64,000 bases of DNA from Elusimicrobiaceae bacterium (GTDB lineage Bacteria; Elusimicrobiota; Elusimicrobia; Elusimicrobiales; Elusimicrobiaceae). The stretch lies in assembly GCA_016281355.1 (NCBI GenBank), contig JAEEIL010000002.1, positions 19,466 to 83,465 on the forward strand, written 5' to 3'. The notes beneath the pieces are model-generated. The model was not told where the DNA came from and made no database searches. It saw only the letters and a list, made by a program, of their open reading frames with translations. The translations under genes were made by a program, and so were the position numbers. Positions 8,721 through 18,731 of the stretch are shown here, piece after piece (the first letter of the stretch is position 1; the number at the start of each line of letters is the position of its first letter).

Positions 8721-9899
8721 TTATTGTATATCACTTGGATCTTTAATATATGCCGCAAAGTACGGTGCTTTGCCCGGCTCTTGTATAAATATTGCATAAG
8801 GCCCGGTGAAATAGAAATAACGGGGTTGTGGCTCTGCTCTAGGCCCAGCAGAAGTTTCACCCATAGCCATCATTCCTGCTTCTGCTACCATTTTGGCACC
8901 TGTTTCATCCATCTTAAATTGTATTCTTTCCATAGCTTTTAAAATTTCCCAATAATTTATTCCGGGAGTATAGGAAACTATCGGTTTATTATAAAGTTCC
9001 TTAAATTCTTGCGTTTTATTAAAATCAATTTTCGGGGCTTTGAATTTATCGATAGAACGCATACGATCATAATTGCTTTTTGTTTTTTCTTTCATCTCTT
9101 TATATATTTCCGCCAAAGTTTTATCAGTATTAACTTTGTATAAATGAATTAAATCACCTTGTTTTGAATGTAAGGTAACGGCAAAATCTTTGTCATTGTT
9201 ATAAAACAAAACACCAACACTTTCTTTAATATTTTTACCGAATTCTTCCACCTCTATACCAAAATATTTTACTAATGTTTCGCATCCTTCAAATTTTCCG
9301 GCAGGTAAAATTTCAAATTCTTTTTCATACTCCAAATCCTTTTTCATCATCACGTATAAAAAGTATTTAAACGGCATCGGAGTAAAATCAAAAGAATTTA
9401 AAATTTGGCTTCTTTCTTTAAACTTTTCCCAAATGCCATCCTCAATTTCCTTTTTTAACTTTGGTGATGCTTCCCCCCATTTCTTATAATAGGCACTTTC
9501 TTGAATATCATTGGTAGTGAATTTTTGTTTATTAAGCAAATCCACCATAGCAGGCTGATTCTTTAAAAATTTAATTGGGCCTTTAACAAGTTCATTCATA
9601 AAATCATTCCAAACTAATTGGAAAGCACCTGCCCACACTTGGTTCTTGGCTTTGGAAACACTTTCCATAGTAGGCACAATTTCAAAATCTGTAAAGTTTA
9701 CCAATTCTTCAGTTGCAGTTATTTGATTTCCGGGTTTAAATTCTTCATCTTTAGCAAAAGCCGGTTTTCTTTTCGTTTTTTGTTCGGAAATATTTTGATT
9801 ATTGTCATCAGAAACATTTTTTATATCACGGGTGGAATATAAATATCCACCGACTAAAACTGCAATTAATACAATAAATAAAGCAAGAAACTTTTTCAT
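8721..9899 (-). CDS. serpin-like protein (divergent), membrane-anchored or secreted
   Basis: The C-terminal region resembles the serpin hinge/RCL and s4B-s5B: FKAPKIDF..., FKMDETGAKMVAEAGMMAMGE(TSAGP)..., RYFYFTGPYAIFIQE...YFAAYIKDP. N-terminal hydrophobic helix. Assignment is from motif memory only. Confidence 0.5.
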   Translation of the reverse strand: MKKFLALFIVLIAVLVGGYLYSTRDIKNVSDDNNQNISEQKTKRKPAFAKDEEFKPGNQITATEELVNFTDFEIVPTMESVSKAKNQVWAGAFQLVWNDFMNELVKGPIKFLKNQPAMVDLLNKQKFTTNDIQESAYYKKWGEASPKLKKEIEDGIWEKFKERSQILNSFDFTPMPFKYFLYVMMKKDLEYEKEFEILPAGKFEGCETLVKYFGIEVEEFGKNIKESVGVLFYNNDKDFAVTLHSKQGDLIHLYKVNTDKTLAEIYKEMKEKTKSNYDRMRSIDKFKAPKIDFNKTQEFKELYNKPIVSYTPGINYWEILKAMERIQFKMDETGAKMVAEAGMMAMGETSAGPRAEPQPRYFYFTGPYAIFIQEPGKAPYFAAYIKDPSDIQ

Positions 9900-9925
9900 A
9901 AATTCTCCTATTATAAACTATAACT

Positions 9926-10774
9926 TCATTTTAACAAATTTCTTACGGCACTTGGTACTTTGTTTATTATATCAGTTGCAAGCAAAGAGGTTTTGCCGGT
10001 TTCTTTAGCGGCGATGTCTGCCGCATAACCATGCAAATACACGCCCATAGCAGCGGCATACAGGGCTGCTTTTTTTCTATCATATTTTTTAAGTAAGCGT
10101 GCATATAAAGCGGCAATAATTCCGCCTAAAACATCACCGCTGCCGGCTTTTGCAAGGCCGCAATTTCCGGCGTGGCTTTCATAAGTTTTTATACCGTTAC
10201 TTATATAAGTAACAGGCCCTTTAAGCAAACAAATTGCACCTGTTTTTTGCGCAAGTTCTTTAGCGGCGGTTTTAGTGTTTAATGTTTTTTGTTTGAGCAA
10301 TCTTTTCATTTCCCCGATATGCGGCGTTAAAATATATGGCCCACCTGCCTTTGGTAATTTTGTGCCTTTGCTTGCCAAAAAAGTTAAGGAACTTGCATCA
10401 ATTACGGCAGGCAGTTTTGCAAACTCTAAAATTTTTAAAGTATTTTTTGCCGTTTCAGCAAGACCGCTGCCGATAAGCAAGACATCGGGTTTAAAACTTT
10501 TGATATACTTTTTTATTTTGGTTAACTGATTTTTTTCAAGCGGCAAAACAAGTGCTTGCGGAACTGTGCAAACTGTTGCTTTTATAACTTCGGGGGTAGA
10601 TGCTAGTGCCACCATACCAGCGCCGCAAAAATACGCGCCCAAAACATTTAATACTGCAGCACCTTGCATTGTTTTTGAGCCGGCAATAATCAAAATTTTA
10701 CCGTTAATATTTTTATAGGAATCTTTTTTAATTTTAGGAAAATTTAGTTTAAAAAACTTTTTTGTTATTTTCAT
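9926..10774 (-). CDS. nnrD: ADP-dependent NAD(P)H-hydrate dehydratase (YjeF C-terminal type, stand-alone)
   Basis: 282 aa. KGxVLIIAGS..GA..L, and GSGDVLGGII near the C-terminus. Start overlaps the acpS stop. Confidence 0.8.
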   Translation of the reverse strand: MKITKKFFKLNFPKIKKDSYKNINGKILIIAGSKTMQGAAVLNVLGAYFCGAGMVALASTPEVIKATVCTVPQALVLPLEKNQLTKIKKYIKSFKPDVLLIGSGLAETAKNTLKILEFAKLPAVIDASSLTFLASKGTKLPKAGGPYILTPHIGEMKRLLKQKTLNTKTAAKELAQKTGAICLLKGPVTYISNGIKTYESHAGNCGLAKAGSGDVLGGIIAALYARLLKKYDRKKAALYAAAMGVYLHGYAADIAAKETGKTSLLATDIINKVPSAVRNLLK

Positions 10775-11115
10775 TTTTTATAAACCAAAACGACGGCTTG
10801 GGCGAAATTTTTGGTGTGCGATAATGATATTTTAAAACATAAATCTTTGGCGCGTTTGTCTTTAACAGTCACAATAGGTGCGCCGGACTTGTCATTTATA
10901 ACTTGTATTTTTTTAAAGGCAATTTTATCAAAGGGGAGGGCTTTAAAAACCGCTTCTTTTGCGCAATATCTAACCGCTAAATGTTCTGCTTTATTTTTTT
11001 TAGTGCCGGAATATTTAAGTTCTTCTTCGGTAAACAAACGGTTTAAAACCTTAGTATCAAGGTTTTCAAAACGGGAAACTTCTTCTATATCTGTTCCGAT
11101 ATTTATTATTTCCAT
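10771..11115 (-). CDS. acpS: holo-[acyl-carrier-protein] synthase
   Basis: IGTDIEEVSRF... and SLSHTKNFAQAVV are the AcpS pattern. I use ATG at 11115, 1 nt after the glmS stop. The track start at 11124 is a TTG. Confidence 0.85.
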   Translation of the reverse strand: MEIINIGTDIEEVSRFENLDTKVLNRLFTEEELKYSGTKKNKAEHLAVRYCAKEAVFKALPFDKIAFKKIQVINDKSGAPIVTVKDKRAKDLCFKISLSHTKNFAQAVVLVYKK

Positions 11116-11116
11116 A

Positions 11117-12916
11117 TTATTCAACCGTTACGCTTTTGGCTAGGTTTCTGGGTTTATCAATTTCCCTACCCAAAAAGTTTGCAATAAAATATGCATAAAA
11201 TTGTAAAACTGTTGCCGCAAGCAAGGGAAATAAGTATTCATTAGTATAAGGCACTTCCAAAGCATTTTTGGTGGCAGTATTTGTTACAAGTATAACACGT
11301 GCACCGCGCGCGGAAACTTCTTGGCAAGAGGAAATCATTTTTTCATACAAACTGCTTTTTGGTGCCAAAGCAACAACGGGAATACCTTTATCAATTATTG
11401 CTATCGGGCCATGTTTGATTTCACCTGCAGCAAAACCCTCGGCGTGTTTATAAGAAATTTCTTTTAATTTAAGTGCGCCTTCCAAAGCAAGCGGAAAACT
11501 TACATTACGTGCAATAAAAATAAATGACGGGCTTTTATAAACTTTTTCCGCTACTTTTTTAACAGCCCTTTCAAGTTTCAAAGTTTGTTTTAAAAGTTCA
11601 GGCATTGTTAAAAATTCGCTATATAACTCCTCAAACTCTGCTTTAGTTATTGAATTTTGCACGTATGCAAGTTGTAAGGCAAGTGCATATAAAACTGTTA
11701 ATTGGCAAGTAAATGCTTTTGTTGATGCCACACTAATTTCGGGCCCGCAATGTGTGAAAACAGAATAATCACTCTCTCGCACTATCGCAGAGCCCACGAC
11801 ATTACACACACTCAAAACTTTTAAGCCGTGTGTTTTGGCATTTTTTAAAGCGGCCAAAGTATCTGCCGTTTCCCCCGACTGGCTGACTGCTATAAAAAGC
11901 CAATTCTTTTTAAAATGTATCGGCCTGTATTTAAACTCTGAGGCCATTTCAACTTCAACCGGGATTTTTGCAAAATGTTCAATAACATATCTTGCTACTA
12001 ATGCCGCATGGTAAGCTGTTCCGCAAGCAACAATATATATACCTTCAATTTTTTTAGCCTCTTTCAGCGGCAAACCAAAGGCTTTTGTTATATCGGGCGG
12101 AAGTGTTTGCAAAGTATCTTTGACATTTTGAGGTTCATCATGGATTTCTTTAAGCATGAAATGCTCAAAACCGCCTTTTTCCGCTGCGGAAATATCCCAA
12201 GAAATTGTGTGTATTTTACGTGTTGTCTTGCGAAAATCGCCATCATAAATTTCAATACTTTCAGGTGTAATTTTTACGGTATCGCCATCCTCAAAAAATA
12301 TTGCTTTGTTTGTATAGCTTAAAAATGCCGGAATATCAGATGCTAAAAAGAACCCCTTCTTACTTACACCCGCGACAAGGGGGCTTTGCCTTTTTGCCGC
12401 CACCATCACACCGGGGAATTTCGCATTTAAAGCAACAAGTGCAAATGCACCCTTTAATTTGCGTGTGGTTTTTTGAAAAGCACTAAAAAAATCTTTTTCT
12501 TTTTTTAATTCTTCTTCAAGTAAATGTGCAATAACTTCGGTATCTGTTTCGGATTTAAATTTGTGGCCTTTTTTAAGTAAAATGTTTTTAAGTTCTAAAT
12601 AATTTTCAATAATACCGTTATGAACTAAAGCAATATTACCTGTGCAATCTGTATGCGGATGGCTGTTAACTAAAGATGGTTTACCATGCGTAGCCCAACG
12701 GGTATGTGCTATACCCAAATGCGAATTTTTGCCGGACTTTTTAACTAAATCTTCCAGATTTTTAACTTGGCCTACTGCTTTTAAAACGGTAATTTTATTT
12801 TTACTTTCCAAGGCAATACCGGCAGAATCATAGCCACGATATTCAAGCTTTTTTAGCCCTTCAATTAAAAGTCCGGCGCAGTTATCTTTACCGCAAAAGC
12901 CGACAATCCCGCACAT
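11117..12916 (-). CDS. glmS: glutamine--fructose-6-phosphate aminotransferase
   Basis: 599 aa. MCGIVGF N-terminal nucleophile, two SIS domains, C-terminal KSVTVE. Confidence 0.95.
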   Translation of the reverse strand: MCGIVGFCGKDNCAGLLIEGLKKLEYRGYDSAGIALESKNKITVLKAVGQVKNLEDLVKKSGKNSHLGIAHTRWATHGKPSLVNSHPHTDCTGNIALVHNGIIENYLELKNILLKKGHKFKSETDTEVIAHLLEEELKKEKDFFSAFQKTTRKLKGAFALVALNAKFPGVMVAAKRQSPLVAGVSKKGFFLASDIPAFLSYTNKAIFFEDGDTVKITPESIEIYDGDFRKTTRKIHTISWDISAAEKGGFEHFMLKEIHDEPQNVKDTLQTLPPDITKAFGLPLKEAKKIEGIYIVACGTAYHAALVARYVIEHFAKIPVEVEMASEFKYRPIHFKKNWLFIAVSQSGETADTLAALKNAKTHGLKVLSVCNVVGSAIVRESDYSVFTHCGPEISVASTKAFTCQLTVLYALALQLAYVQNSITKAEFEELYSEFLTMPELLKQTLKLERAVKKVAEKVYKSPSFIFIARNVSFPLALEGALKLKEISYKHAEGFAAGEIKHGPIAIIDKGIPVVALAPKSSLYEKMISSCQEVSARGARVILVTNTATKNALEVPYTNEYLFPLLAATVLQFYAYFIANFLGREIDKPRNLAKSVTVE

Positions 12917-13635
12917 TATTTTGCCTCTATTAAAAGTTTCATATCAAGCAGGGCTTGCGGTAATCCACGGAAAACGGACCTTGCTATAATTGCATGCCCG
13001 ATGTTTAATGCTTCCATGCCGTTAATGCGGGCGATATCTTCCACATTTTTATAGTTAAGACCATGCCCGGCATGAACTTCTAAATCGAGTTCCTTTGCTA
13101 AAATTGTAGCCATTTCTATACGCTCAAGTTCCGCTTTGCGGGCCTTTTCATTTTTTGCTTCGCTATAAGTTTTCGTGCAAAGTTCCACTATATCAGCCTC
13201 TAGCCGTTTTGCCGCACGTAAATCTGAAGGTTCCGGAGAAATAAATAAACTTACTTTTATACCAGCATTATGCAAACTTTTTATTGCACGAGTAATAGGT
13301 AATAAATTGCGTTTATTTAATTTCAAACCACCGGAAGTTGTAAGTTCATTAGGAAATTCCGGCACTAAACAAACAGAACCGCATTTAAGCGAAGTTGCAA
13401 AATCAATCATTTCTTTAGTTACAGACATTTCGAGATGTATTTTTTCGCGTGCAATTTTTGCTAATTTTTTAAGATCTGTTTCTTGGATATGGCGTCTATC
13501 TTTACGCAAATGCATGACAATATAATCTGCTCCTAAGGCAAGGCAAATTTCAGCCGCTTTAAGCGGGCTTGGATCAACACCGCCGCGAACTTGGCGGAGT
13601 GTTGCAATATGATCTAAATTAACACCTAGTTTCAT
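12916..13635 (-). CDS. pdxJ: pyridoxine 5'-phosphate synthase
   Basis: MKLGVNLDHIATLRQVRGG..., and HAGHGLNY. Start ATG 13635 is preceded by GAGGTGA. The stop shares one base with the glmS ATG (TAATG). Confidence 0.9.
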   Translation of the reverse strand: MKLGVNLDHIATLRQVRGGVDPSPLKAAEICLALGADYIVMHLRKDRRHIQETDLKKLAKIAREKIHLEMSVTKEMIDFATSLKCGSVCLVPEFPNELTTSGGLKLNKRNLLPITRAIKSLHNAGIKVSLFISPEPSDLRAAKRLEADIVELCTKTYSEAKNEKARKAELERIEMATILAKELDLEVHAGHGLNYKNVEDIARINGMEALNIGHAIIARSVFRGLPQALLDMKLLIEAK

Positions 13636-13643
13636 AGTCACCT

Positions 13644-14999
13644 CTAGCAAGTTTTAACTTTGCTTTTATAAAATGTTACTACCTTTTGACAAATTTCTTC
13701 AACATTATCTTTGTTTTCATCTTCCACAAGAACACGAAGCAAAGGTTCTGTTCCTGAATAACGTACAACTATGCGGCCTTTATCACCCATAGAATTTTCA
13801 AGTTCCTTAAGGTATGGGCAAAAACCTTCAATTTCTTCTAAAGGGATTTTCTTTTCCACTTTAACGGGAACAAGTTTCAAAGGGTATTTTTGCCATAAAT
13901 TTTTGAAATAACTTAATTTCTTACCTGTACTTTTAACGATGCCAAGCAATTGCAAAGCTGTCAAAATACCGTCACCTGCAGGGGCAATATCTTTAAAAAT
14001 AATGTGGCCGGAAGTTTCCCCGCCGACTGATAAATTGTTTTTTGTAAGTTCTTCAAAAACATATTTATCACCCACTTTTGTTAAAACAGGTTCAATACCG
14101 TTTGCTTTCAAATAATTGATTAAACCCAAATTAGCCATAATAGTCAAAACGGCTTTATTGCCTTTGAGTTTATTATTATTTTTCAGATATAAAGCGACAG
14201 TAGAAATCACATTATCACCATCGAAAACCGTACCGTCTTCAGTTACTGCAATAAGGCGGTCTGCGTCCCCATCAAAAGAAAGGCCAAGATCTGCTTTACA
14301 TTTTTTAACTTCTTCCTGCAAACCTTCCGTGTGTAAAGCACCGGCATTTTTGTTTATATTATAACCGTCGGGATTATTATTTATTACTTTTACTTTTGCA
14401 CCGAGTTCCTCAAAAACTTTAGGTGCAATTTTAGATGCAGCACCATTTGCGCAATCAACCACGATATATAAACCTTTCAAATCTTTGGCTTCGGTCAAAG
14501 TGGATTTTAGGAAAGCAATATATTCTTCCACTTTCTCAGGTACTTCGCAAAATTTCGTATTATTTTGCACAGCAGGAACGGTTTTTAAATTTTCAATTTC
14601 ACGCTCAATATTATCTTCAACATTTTCGTTAAGTTTTGTACCTTGAGCGGAAAAGAATTTTATACCGTTAAACTCTGCCGGGTTATGGCTGGCTGAAATT
14701 ACAATACCGCAAATATTTTTATATTTTTGCGTAAGCAAGGAAACACTCGGCGTTGTAGAAACACCCAATGATAAAACATTATATCCTGCTGCCCTAATAC
14801 CTTTGGTTAAGCACTCCAAAATTGCTTTACCGCTAGCACGGGAATCTTGCGCAATAAAAATATTCTTGTTTGTATTATTAGGATCCTGTTTTGAAAGTTC
14901 TTTTAAAGCACAGTAACCGAGTTTTGTTACGAAATCTTCGGTTAAAGGATATTTACCCCAAACAGAACGGATACCGTCAGTGCCGAAATATTTAGGCAT
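13644..14999 (-). CDS. glmM: phosphoglucosamine mutase
   Basis: [12 protein letters not shown]..., active-site SASHNPAEFNGIK, and GGETSGH. ATG 14999 overlaps the ftsH stop. Confidence 0.9.
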   Translation of the reverse strand: MPKYFGTDGIRSVWGKYPLTEDFVTKLGYCALKELSKQDPNNTNKNIFIAQDSRASGKAILECLTKGIRAAGYNVLSLGVSTTPSVSLLTQKYKNICGIVISASHNPAEFNGIKFFSAQGTKLNENVEDNIEREIENLKTVPAVQNNTKFCEVPEKVEEYIAFLKSTLTEAKDLKGLYIVVDCANGAASKIAPKVFEELGAKVKVINNNPDGYNINKNAGALHTEGLQEEVKKCKADLGLSFDGDADRLIAVTEDGTVFDGDNVISTVALYLKNNNKLKGNKAVLTIMANLGLINYLKANGIEPVLTKVGDKYVFEELTKNNLSVGGETSGHIIFKDIAPAGDGILTALQLLGIVKSTGKKLSYFKNLWQKYPLKLVPVKVEKKIPLEEIEGFCPYLKELENSMGDKGRIVVRYSGTEPLLRVLVEDENKDNVEEICQKVVTFYKSKVKTC

Positions 15000-16953
15000 C
15001 TTGCCCTCCAAACAAATCATCTGCAGGCTCATCTTTTTTAGCCTTAGAAGGTTTAGTTTTTTGATCGGTTTTAGGTTCTGCTTTGATTGCTTCTGCCACA
15101 GGTTTTATTTCCTCTTTTTTCTCTTCTTTAGCAGGAGCAGGGGCTAAACCTAAAATTTCGTCAATTTCTTTGGCATCTACCACCTCTTTTTCAAGCAAGC
15201 GGTCAATTAAAGTGTGCATTTCTTTTAAGTGGTCTTTGATGATATCCTTTGCTTTCTGGTAAGAATCACGTACGAGTTTTGAAACTTCCTCATCAATAGC
15301 GCGTGCTAAATCTTCGGAAATATTTTTGTGCCTTGAAATATCACGCCCCAAAAATACTTCGTCCTCTTCAGTTTGAACTGCAATTGGGCCAAGGCGGTCG
15401 CTCATACCAAGTTGTGCAACCATTTTTCTGGCATAAGAAGTTGCCCTTGATAAATCATCAGAAGCACCTGTTGTAATTTCTTCAAACAAAATTTCTTCAG
15501 CAGCACGGCCACCCAGCAAGATAGTAAGTTTATCTAAAATCTCACTCTTTGAAGTTAGATATTTATCTTCTAACGGAAGTTGCATAGTGTAACCCAAAGC
15601 AGGCCCCCTGGGAATAATAGAGACTTTATGTACAGGGTCACCGTTTTTAGATAATTTCGCGATAAGAGTATGGCCTGACTCATGTGCGGCAATAATGCGT
15701 TTTTCTTTTTCGGAAATTACGCGGCTTTTGCGTTGCGGGCCGGCCATAACACGTTCGACTGCTTCTTCAATATCTGCATTGGTAACAGCCGGTTTATCTT
15801 GGCGTGCGGCTAAAATAGCGGCCTCATTTATAACATTTGCCAAATCAGCCCCCACAAAACCTGGCGTACTTTTAGCAATAACGGAAAGATCAACTTCCTT
15901 TGCCATTTTAACTTTTTTGGCATGCACTTTTAAAATTTCTTCACGGCCTTTCATATCCGGGGAAGGAACATTTATATGCCTATCGAAACGGCCGGGCCTT
16001 GTCAATGCAGGATCCAAAACATCAGGGCGGTTTGTTGAGCCCATTAAAATAATACCGTTTTGGGATTCAAAGCCGTCGAGTTCAATCAAAAGTTGGTTTA
16101 AGGTTTGTTCGCGTTCATCATGCCCACCGCCAATACCGGCAAAACGGCGACGGCCTACGGCATCAAGTTCATCAATAAAAATTATAGCGGGTGCGTTTTT
16201 CTTAGCATTTGCAAACAAATCTCTTACACGTGCAGCACCGACGCCGACAAACATTTCTACAAATTCAGATGCGGAAGCAGAGAAAAATGATACTTTAGCC
16301 TCCCCTGCTACTGCTTTGGCAAGTAAAGTTTTACCCGTACCGGGTGCACCATATAAAAGTACGCCTTTTGGGAGTTTCGCGCCAAGTTTTTTAAAATCAG
16401 CCGGGCTTTTGAGGAATTTAATAATATCCTGCATTTCCTCTTTAGCTTCATCACAACCAGCAACATCTTTAAAAGTTACTGTTTGTTTTGTAGGGTCCTG
16501 AAGTTTTGCTTTTGAACGGGCAAAATTTAAAGCACTTTTGCCATCGTTTCTTTGAGGGCGGATAAACAAAAACCACCAAGCAAATACAAAAAGTAATACG
16601 AGCCCGATATTAAAAAGAACATTAAAAATCCAACTCTTATCCTGCTCTGCTTTGAAAGGGACCTTTGCCGCCATGAGTTCGCCTACAAGGGCTGAATCTT
16701 CTATCTTAACGGTGCTGAATTTTTGTTCTTTACCATCATCTTTATAAACGCCGGTTATAAATTCCGGGGTGATGGTTACATCCAGCAAATCCCCACTTGC
16801 AATTTTAGATTTAAAATCGGAATAGTCAATGCTTTTAATCTTTCCGGCATCACCAAATTTCGAAAACAGTACGACTATAATAATAAAAGATACTATCCAC
16901 ATTACCACTTGTCTAAATGGTATTTGCGGAACTTTATTTTTTGGTTTCATCAA
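14992..16953 (-). CDS. ftsH: ATP-dependent zinc metalloprotease FtsH
   Basis: 653 aa. Two N-terminal TM helices, AAA+ GPPGTGKT-like [13 protein letters not shown], zinc site HESGH. Lys/Glu/Pro-rich C-terminal tail. Confidence 0.95.
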   Translation of the reverse strand: MMKPKNKVPQIPFRQVVMWIVSFIIIVVLFSKFGDAGKIKSIDYSDFKSKIASGDLLDVTITPEFITGVYKDDGKEQKFSTVKIEDSALVGELMAAKVPFKAEQDKSWIFNVLFNIGLVLLFVFAWWFLFIRPQRNDGKSALNFARSKAKLQDPTKQTVTFKDVAGCDEAKEEMQDIIKFLKSPADFKKLGAKLPKGVLLYGAPGTGKTLLAKAVAGEAKVSFFSASASEFVEMFVGVGAARVRDLFANAKKNAPAIIFIDELDAVGRRRFAGIGGGHDEREQTLNQLLIELDGFESQNGIILMGSTNRPDVLDPALTRPGRFDRHINVPSPDMKGREEILKVHAKKVKMAKEVDLSVIAKSTPGFVGADLANVINEAAILAARQDKPAVTNADIEEAVERVMAGPQRKSRVISEKEKRIIAAHESGHTLIAKLSKNGDPVHKVSIIPRGPALGYTMQLPLEDKYLTSKSEILDKLTILLGGRAAEEILFEEITTGASDDLSRATSYARKMVAQLGMSDRLGPIAVQTEEDEVFLGRDISRHKNISEDLARAIDEEVSKLVRDSYQKAKDIIKDHLKEMHTLIDRLLEKEVVDAKEIDEILGLAPAPAKEEKKEEIKPVAEAIKAEPKTDQKTKPSKAKKDEPADDLFGGQDA

Positions 16954-17470
16954 AAACTCCTACATAAGGCAGATTACGGTATAACTCATTATAATCTAGG
17001 CCATAACCGACTACGAATTCATTTTGAATACTAAAACCTAAATATTTCGGTTTTATTTCAACTTTACGGTTTTGGGGTTTATCTAAGAGGGTACAAAATT
17101 CAACAGAGGCAGGTTTACGGGCATTGAGCATTTCCTTCAAATAAACGCCTGTAAGGCCTGTATCAACAATATCTTCCACTATGATTACATCTTTGTCTTT
17201 AATATCATCCCTGATATCAAGCAACATACGAACTTTACCGCTTGAAGCAGTTCCTTGGTAAGAAGACAAACTCATAAAATCTATTGTGCAATCGATTTCC
17301 ATATTTTTAACTAAATTAGCGAAAAATAATGATGCACCCCTTAAAATACAAACGAGCAAAGGCTTTTTGCCGGCATAATCAGCTGAAATTTGTTTGGCAA
17401 GTTCCTTGACTCTTGTATTTATTTGTTCTTCGGAAATTAAAACCCTTTTTATAGGCGCTTGGTAAGCCAT
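16934..17470 (-). CDS. hpt: hypoxanthine phosphoribosyltransferase
   Basis: PRPP motif VIIVEDIVDTGLT. ATG 17470 is preceded by AGGAGAG. The longer track ORF start lies inside that SD. Confidence 0.9.
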   Translation of the reverse strand: MAYQAPIKRVLISEEQINTRVKELAKQISADYAGKKPLLVCILRGASLFFANLVKNMEIDCTIDFMSLSSYQGTASSGKVRMLLDIRDDIKDKDVIIVEDIVDTGLTGVYLKEMLNARKPASVEFCTLLDKPQNRKVEIKPKYLGFSIQNEFVVGYGLDYNELYRNLPYVGVFDETKK

Positions 17471-17493
17471 AAACTCTCCTTTCAAAATACAAA

Positions 17494-18060
17494 TTAGATA
17501 TTAATCTGCAACAAAAATCTTATTGTAATAATGAGCATAACAATACCGGCAACAAGTTGCAGACGGCTATGCAAAACTGTTTGGTTGAAGGTATTGCCAT
17601 GCACTATACCAAATAAAATTGTAAAAAACGTTAGTAACGCAGATAAGAAAAGTGCCGCCGCCAAATAGCCGGTGCTTGCCATAGCAATAGCAAAACCCAG
17701 TAAAAAAGACGGCAAAGCGGTTTGTATAGCGACTTTAATCATATATGTATTTTGGACAATATCGGTAAAGTTTAAACTTGGAGATTTTTCTATAGATTCC
17801 AAAATCAACTGTATTGAAATTAAGAAAAGCATTACGAAAACAAGCCAATGCGGGGAACTGTATAGCCAAGGGAAGAGCAAACGCCCGATAATAAAGGCCA
17901 AAGCCAAGGCAAGCAGATTGATAATAGCAAAGACGAAAGATGTCTTTAAAGCAGCATCTTTTTTATAGGAGCTGCCGAGTTTGCGCCCAGTCATTACACC
18001 TAACGCAAAAGTACCTGTAGAGATACAGGCTAAAGAAATTAATAATGTTAATATTCCCAT
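17494..18060 (-). CDS. hypothetical polytopic membrane protein (188 aa, about 6 TM)
   Basis: Size and topology are reminiscent of MntP/YtaF-type proteins, but I do not see their conserved Asp motifs, so I make no functional call. Confidence 0.5.
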   Translation of the reverse strand: MGILTLLISLACISTGTFALGVMTGRKLGSSYKKDAALKTSFVFAIINLLALALAFIIGRLLFPWLYSSPHWLVFVMLFLISIQLILESIEKSPSLNFTDIVQNTYMIKVAIQTALPSFLLGFAIAMASTGYLAAALFLSALLTFFTILFGIVHGNTFNQTVLHSRLQLVAGIVMLIITIRFLLQINI

Positions 18061-18113
18061 ATATACATTTTAACATATTATTGGCAAAAAACTACTTTAA
18101 ATTTAATGGGGTT

Positions 18114-18731
18114 TTATTTTTCTGTGTATACCAGTAATTTCCCGTTTTTAAAATTAACAGTAAAATTACCTTTGGCTATGTTGCTAAGCCCGCGTTGGCC
18201 GGGCTTTAAAGTTTCATTTTTAAGTGAATAGATTAAATTCTGCGTGCTAATATTTTTAATTTCTTCAAGTGCAATTAAACTTACGCGCGCACCTTTTTTA
18301 GCTTCAATTCTTGCACTTCGCGAAAGTAAATAAACAATGGCACCCGGCAATAGAAACCTAATATCAAAGCATTTCAGATAAACACTTGCTGCTAAAAAAT
18401 TACTGAAACAGAAATCAAAACGCCCACCCCAAAACAATGCGATATCAACCTGTTTAGGTTTTAAGGTTTTTAAGTAATCAAGGGCCTTTTCAAAATCACT
18501 GTTATCTTGGCGCGAAACTTGCTTTAAATGGCCTTTTAAAACCGCTTTATTTTTGGGGGTAATGCTATCCAAATCACCGACCACAATATCTGGTTTAATA
18601 CCGGCTTTCAAACACTTATTTGCACCGCCGTCAGCTGCCAAAATAAAACTGTAATTTTTGGCAATTTGCACCAAAAATTTTTTATTTAAAGCGCCGTTTA
18701 AAACAAGCAAAACTTTATTTGATTTTGGCAT
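18114..18731 (-). CDS. thiN: thiamine pyrophosphokinase
   Basis: 205 aa. AADGGAN...VVGDLDSI...DNSDFEKAL is the TPK catalytic-domain pattern. Confidence 0.8.
   Translation of the reverse strand: MPKSNKVLLVLNGALNKKFLVQIAKNYSFILAADGGANKCLKAGIKPDIVVGDLDSITPKNKAVLKGHLKQVSRQDNSDFEKALDYLKTLKPKQVDIALFWGGRFDFCFSNFLAASVYLKCFDIRFLLPGAIVYLLSRSARIEAKKGARVSLIALEEIKNISTQNLIYSLKNETLKPGQRGLSNIAKGNFTVNFKNGKLLVYTEK

Noticed and set aside
15695-16501. 268-aa ORF on the plus strand inside ftsH
   Set aside because: It is fully antisense to a high-confidence conserved gene. Its Ser/Ala/Thr/Pro-rich low-complexity translation is typical of a shadow ORF, and it has no SD or promoter.
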